Both the position numbers and the translations under genes were made by a program. A stretch of 64,000 nt of DNA, taken from the NCBI RefSeq assembly GCF_009914755.1, contig NC_060928.1. One strand, 5' to 3'. Below the pieces are notes generated by a model. It saw only the letters and a list, made by a program, of their open reading frames with translations, had not been told where the DNA came from and made no database searches. The stretch is from the human T2T-CHM13v2.0 reference genome, Homo sapiens. Shown in pieces: positions 56,360 to 64,000 of this stretch. Within the stretch, counting starts at the first letter, position 1; each line of letters begins with the position of its first letter.

Positions 56360-56673
56360 ATTATAATTATAATAATTATTATTTTTGAGACCGAGTCATC
56401 TTGCTCTATTGCCCAGGCTCTAGTTCAGTGGTGCGATCTCAACTCACTGCAACCTCCGCCTCCTAGGTTCAAGTGAATCTCATGCCTCAGCCTCCTGAGT
56501 AACTGGGACTACAGGCATGTTCCACTACACCTGGATAATTTTTGTGTTTTTGTAGTAGAGACTGGGTTTCTCCATGTTGGCCAGGCTGGTCTTGAACTCC
56601 TGACCTCAAGTGATATGCTTGCATTGACCTCCCAAAGTGCTGAGATTCCAGGTGTGAGCCACTGCACCCGGTC
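56360..56673 (-). mobile_element. AluS
   Basis: TSD cattaaatattatt. Confidence 0.92.
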
Positions 56674-57649
56674 CATTAAATATTATTTTAATTATATTAG
56701 GTCAAATATTTTTGTTTCTTTCCTGAATTTTAACACTATTTAGAATGAGTACATAGTTGTTAGCTAATAAAATCTGTAGTTCAAAAATTATTTTGTGACT
56801 TACTGAGCATTTCACTTGATCAATTTTTATAAATGTTTCATGATCTCTTAAAAAGAAATGTAAGTAGCATGTTATAGTAGTATCTTCCGTCATCATAATA
56901 GTATGTTCTATATGTATCATGTGTCATACTTCTGTCATTTTTGTTTTATTAGTGCTTTGCTTATTTCACAGATTCTGCTTTTGTTTATTTGTTTCTTAAT
57001 AAACTTTCTAAATCTGCTAGTTTGGGAGGTTTCGACTTTCATATTGGTGCACATTTAACTTTATATAATATGCTTGATCATCTATTTACTGATGCATAGA
57101 CTTCAGAGAGTGTCTTCTCTTAACTATCCACTTTGATCGATGAAAAAATAACGACCACTCCTGATTTTAGTAGTTTTGTTGGTTTTCATATATATGAAAT
57201 GCTACTGTATGAATAAAAATCAAATGTAGATCTATTTTTCTATTGTTTCTTCCCCAGTGATACTTTTCAGATAAGAATATGGGCAAATAATGATTGCAGA
57301 TTCCATCTTTGGTTTTATTCTTTTTGCTAAACATTTTATTCTGAGGTATAGCTGGTCAATTCGATAGCTCATGATCTTAAAAATGTCTTTGTATTCTATT
57401 TCTTTTTTTTTTTAAATTCAATTATTTAGCCTCATTGACTACATCATTCCTCCAGGCAGAAGGTGCAAAAGACAGCAAAACTTGAGGACTTTCACCAAGG
57501 ATGTGCTAGGAGGGGACGTGGGAAATGGATTATTCCTTGAACATTTTCCCTGGGCCATTCTCTTCCTTTTTTATTTTTGTTCTGGTTACATGGGGCTTTC
57601 AAGACTCAAGCAATTGTTTGTTTTTTTTTTTTTACTTTAATTTTTTTAG

Positions 57650-59900
<2,251 letters not shown>

Positions 59901-60330
59901 CCAAATTGTTTTTTAAAGATCTTATGAAATTACAGTATCTTCCCTTCACTCCATGCTATTAAACGACATAAACATTTACTGAATACCTTCTAAGTGCAAG
60001 GCACAGTACTTTGTTTTGTGGTGGAGGAGACAATGAAGTAGATTTTGCCTTTAAGACACTTTTACAAACTTTTTTCTATGGTTTTTGATATTGCAGAGAT
60101 CTAAAAATATCACTTTGGATGTTCAGATAATATACTGATTGTTGAATAGTTATTGGGTTAAAAAAAGTCAAAGGATAGTATTCTGTGTAAAATACTAACA
60201 ATAAGGAAAAAACAAAACAGGCATAATGTAATTATTCCAGAAATTGTAGATCTTTTATGACATTATGATCAATAAACTATAAAACATAGACGACTGCATC
60301 TATAAAGCACCTTGAAAGATGAATAGCCTC

Positions 60331-60345
60331 TGTGTGTGTGTGTGA

Positions 60346-60386
<41 letters not shown>

Positions 60387-60410
60387 CAGGCAGGCAGAGA
60401 GAGAGAGACA
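60331..60410 (+). repeat. Compound (TG)n(AG)n microsatellite
   Basis: Directly visible. Confidence 0.95.
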
Positions 60411-61569
60411 GAAAGACAACATAGATTAAAGAATGTGTGCTAAACATTTGCTTAGCAAGTAAGCTCATTTTTCCCATTATTTTGATATACAGCAAAGTAA
60501 AATTTCTTATTAATATATAATTGAGTTAGGTACCCTTATTTAGACATTTGGATTTATGAAAAATTCCCGTAATGATTTCAATGTGTGGGTTTATGATTAT
60601 AAATAGGAGTCCACTTAATTTGACTGTTAATATGCTAAGGTTTATAATTTACATGACTTCTCTTTCTAACATGATCTGTGAAGTAGTTTACGTTTCAAAC
60701 TTTACTTGGATTCAACTGAATTTATTTTAATGATTATCAATATGGTCTTAGTTCACATTCCCAAATGTAAAGGTATCTTTGACAAAGATAAGGATGTTTG
60801 AAAATACATTTTTTTGAACATTAAAATTTAACAATGAGTTGAATGTGATTTGATAATATTCACTTTTAACTGTGAATAAAATAAGCTTATCATTATATAT
60901 TAGCACTACTATATTGATCTTTCAGATTTAATTTAACAAAATTCTAATTTTTGAGCAAAAATTTTCTATTTTATCTATTTTGGTAATCATCAATGATCCT
61001 TGCCTCCTTGTATTTAACCACTTGTGTTCTTTCCTCCCACATTGGATCCAACTGGATTCAGCAAATTTTTTTCTGTACCTTCCACGAATGTTACCACTTT
61101 TTATAGTATTTGCATAAGTTGATAACTGTCAAATCTATGATGTGTTTTTAAAAAAAGACATTATCTAGTAGGGTTCTAGGCAAACTGCTCATCTCAAGAA
61201 TTCAGTTAGTGGATGATGGATGATACTTTCCAAATGGTTAGTCATGGCTGGAAATGTATCAAAGCTTGGAGGAAATACAATGACAGGTGAGCAGTGTGGC
61301 GGTGTGGTAGCACTGGGACAAAGTGGAAGGAAAGAGAGATTGTTAATACCTTTGGAAATAAAACATAGGAGCATAAGAGTTTAAAAAGAGTTTTTAAAGA
61401 TGTCTACCAGTTTGGTGGCACAGCTGTGTGCCACACTTTCAAGAAAGCCTACGGTCAAACTCTTCTGATTGGTTAATGTGTGAGAAGATGAACTCATATT
61501 CTTTGTGGTAAATCCTGGGTTTTATAGCCTGAGCATGCCAACCTACTTTTACACTGATTGTATCTTTTG

Positions 61570-61900
61570 TTTCATCTCTTTTCTTCCTTGAACTCATTGT
61601 CCTCTCTCCATCCACAGCCCAAATCTGCTCTTCTGACTCTGCATCAGTGCATGTCAATACCATCCAAGTTATGACTCAAGATGGAAAGAAGAAAGTCATC
61701 CTTCACATTTGCCTGCCCCTTAATTTTCACTGAGTCTCTTAAAGATTATTCCTGAAATATCTCTCAAATTTGTCTTTTCTGATTACAACCTTACTGACGC
61801 TGCAGTAAGTTAGAAACTCAACATCTGTAGTCTAAACCGTTAAAATAGCTGCTTGACTTTTCCGGTCTCTGTGTAGCTCTATTCTCTCCATTTTCATTAA
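61570..61900 (+). mobile_element. L2 fragment
   Basis: caataccatccaagttatgactcaag...aagtcatcctt...cctgaaatatctctcaaatttgtc. Confidence 0.55.
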
Positions 61901-62274
61901 GTTTCTTTGCAAAACACAGACATGATACTGCCAAAGTTTCGAACAAATACCTTTAGTGGCACTGAGTTATCTACTGTTAAATCGCCAGACACCTCAAGAG
62001 AGCATTCAAGGTTCATGATCTTGAACCAATTTACTTTTGGGCATTCTCCAAAAGAATTCCCTTGGTAGTAAATAGTATCCATTGCTGAGGCTCTTGGCAA
62101 CATTTGGTGGGACAAAGGATGGGCAATGGGCAACAGGAAGGGCATTCTAAACCTTCTCTCCCGACCCCCCCTCCACTTTTTTAGGGATGGTAGATTTAGA
62201 GTTGGGATAGAGAAAGAAAAGAGAGAAAACTAGCCATTGAAATTTGATCTCTCTCTGTGCCTTGTAAAGGAAGC

Positions 62275-62494
62275 CTGGTCCCCAGGCAAAAAGGGGTTTA
62301 TTTCAAGAAGGAGCAGTTACCATCTTAGTTTCAAATTAAACTATAAACTAAATTTCTCCTAAAGTGAGTTCAGCCTGTGCCCAGGAATAAACAAGGATAG
62401 TCTGGAGGTTAGAGGCAAGATGGGGTGGGTTAGATCAGATCTCTTTCACTCCCATAATTTTGTCACTGTTATAGTTTTTGCAAAGGTGTTTTCA
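62275..62494 (-). mobile_element. LTR8-like 5' fragment
   Basis: Reverse complement: tgaaaacacctttgcaaaaactataacagtg...gaaagagatctgatctaacc. Confidence 0.75.
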
Positions 62495-63284
62495 CAAAGC
62501 CTGCGAGGTGGTTGAGAAACAGAAAGAAGGCCAATGGGCATCTGAACTGCATAGAATAGTCAGTTTTATTGCTTAAAATGTATTTGCAAGAGTAAGTCTG
62601 ACTATAGTAATATAAATGACTTTGCTTTTTTAGTTTTTCAATACTTAATAATAAAATATATCTTAATTTTATATTCATCTTTTTCTTTGTTAGAATTATT
62701 ATAATGAATTAGAAAAATTATGAATGATCTTTAGATACTCATTGCAAGAACAAGTCATATGTCCTAAATGTAGAATGAGATATTGTTTTCATAAGAAATA
62801 TCTTTCATCACAGACATAAATATCCAGAAATTTTATATGAATGTTACACAAAGTTCTGTCAGCAACATAGGGCAAGAAATTCCAGTTAACGCCATTCAAA
62901 TAGTTTCATCTGAAAATAAAAGGACATGCTGTCTACTCTTCCTGTCAGTTTTCTTGGACGGTTTGAACTTGCTCACCTAATGTGGTTATGTTAGGTAGAA
63001 TTTATCTTTTTTGTTCAAATCATAGATCTTTTTTTCCTTTACCTAGAGGAATTGGCAAGTATACAGCTTTTGACTTACTGTAAAACTTTCAAAGTCATCA
63101 CTTTAAACAGATCTTTACTTTAAGATCTTAAGAAGACTATCAGTAACTAATGGAGTACCATGGTGATTTAATCAACTGGTGACTTGCAGGAAGTTATTGT
63201 AAGTCAATATATAAAGTTCATCAGTGCAGTGTCTAAAGCAGCAGAAATTGACTTGCAGGCATAGGTGTACTTCAGTATTGTAGG

Positions 63285-63430
63285 TATTAGCTTCATTTCT
63301 CAATAAGGAGAAATGAAAGCCGAGAAAGATTATTAATTGGGTTTGCCAAAGTTACAAAACACTGAAGTGATAGGTCCAGAAAAAGAGCCTATGTTGTCTG
63401 ACACCCAAATTCCATCTCAAAGTCCTACAT
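63285..63430 (-). mobile_element. MIR
   Basis: cttcatttctcaataaggagaaatgaaagccgagaaagatt...tttgccaaagttaca. Confidence 0.55.
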
Positions 63431-64000
63431 AATATTGCCCCCAGCTAAACGCTATGAGTTTGGTGGATAGCAGGCTCAACGCAATGCTTTTTATTGTGAC
63501 TTTTCGATAATTAATGACTAGGGATGCCTTCTCTGTTCTTTCTAAGATGTTAAACTGTTTCTCAGTGAGTTCTCAGCCATGAATCTCTGCTCTGTACTTG
63601 ACTATATTTCTTGCCCCATTGACTTCACAGCGAGATGGAATATGGGAAAGATGTAAAGCCTCTGCCCTTTTTTCCATTAGTGACAATATTTTTCCAGTTC
63701 AGTTACAGGTTTAAGCACAGGCTCTTTGTTAGCCAATTCATCTAACACCTCACTCACACTGAGTCCCAAACACACAAATGCCTCCTAAATCTTTATGTTC
63801 TTATTCTATTAATTTCAGAGAAAAAAATGATATTTCACCCTATTTTACTTTATATCTTTTTATCATGAAATATATATGAGTTCTGCAATAACTTACTGAT
63901 AAGATGGATTACCAAGAATTATTGATTAAATTCTACTCATTTGTGAGCAACTACTTTTTAATCCCATTTCTCATGGACTGGGATTTATTTCCCAAATCAG

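Overview
AT-rich primate (human-like) genomic DNA, intergenic or deep intronic. I can support no host protein-coding gene; recognisable ORFs trace to Alu, L1, ERV or simple repeats, and the rest are short and unassigned. Main content: (1) a TSD-flanked HERV-L provirus with MLT2A LTRs (2809-8353), whose RT YIDD motif is split by a MER4-group solo LTR and whose pol carries a large deletion; (2) an older LTR33-type ERVL remnant (~35.5-39.1 kb); (3) several L1s, one 5'-inverted by twin priming and one carrying a poly(A)-only insertion; (4) about 13 Alus plus LTRs, DNA transposons, L2 and MIR. The most unusual items are an Alu-Alu template-switch inverted duplication forming a long hairpin (46.07-47.46 kb), a snaR-ancestor-like (ASR/CAS) Pol III retrocopy sharing one TSD with an Alu (43.78-44.23 kb), and a 5' MLT2A LTR with a perfect DUX4 site and an intact splice donor. 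Family names come from my recall of consensus sequences and need a Dfam/RepeatMasker check.
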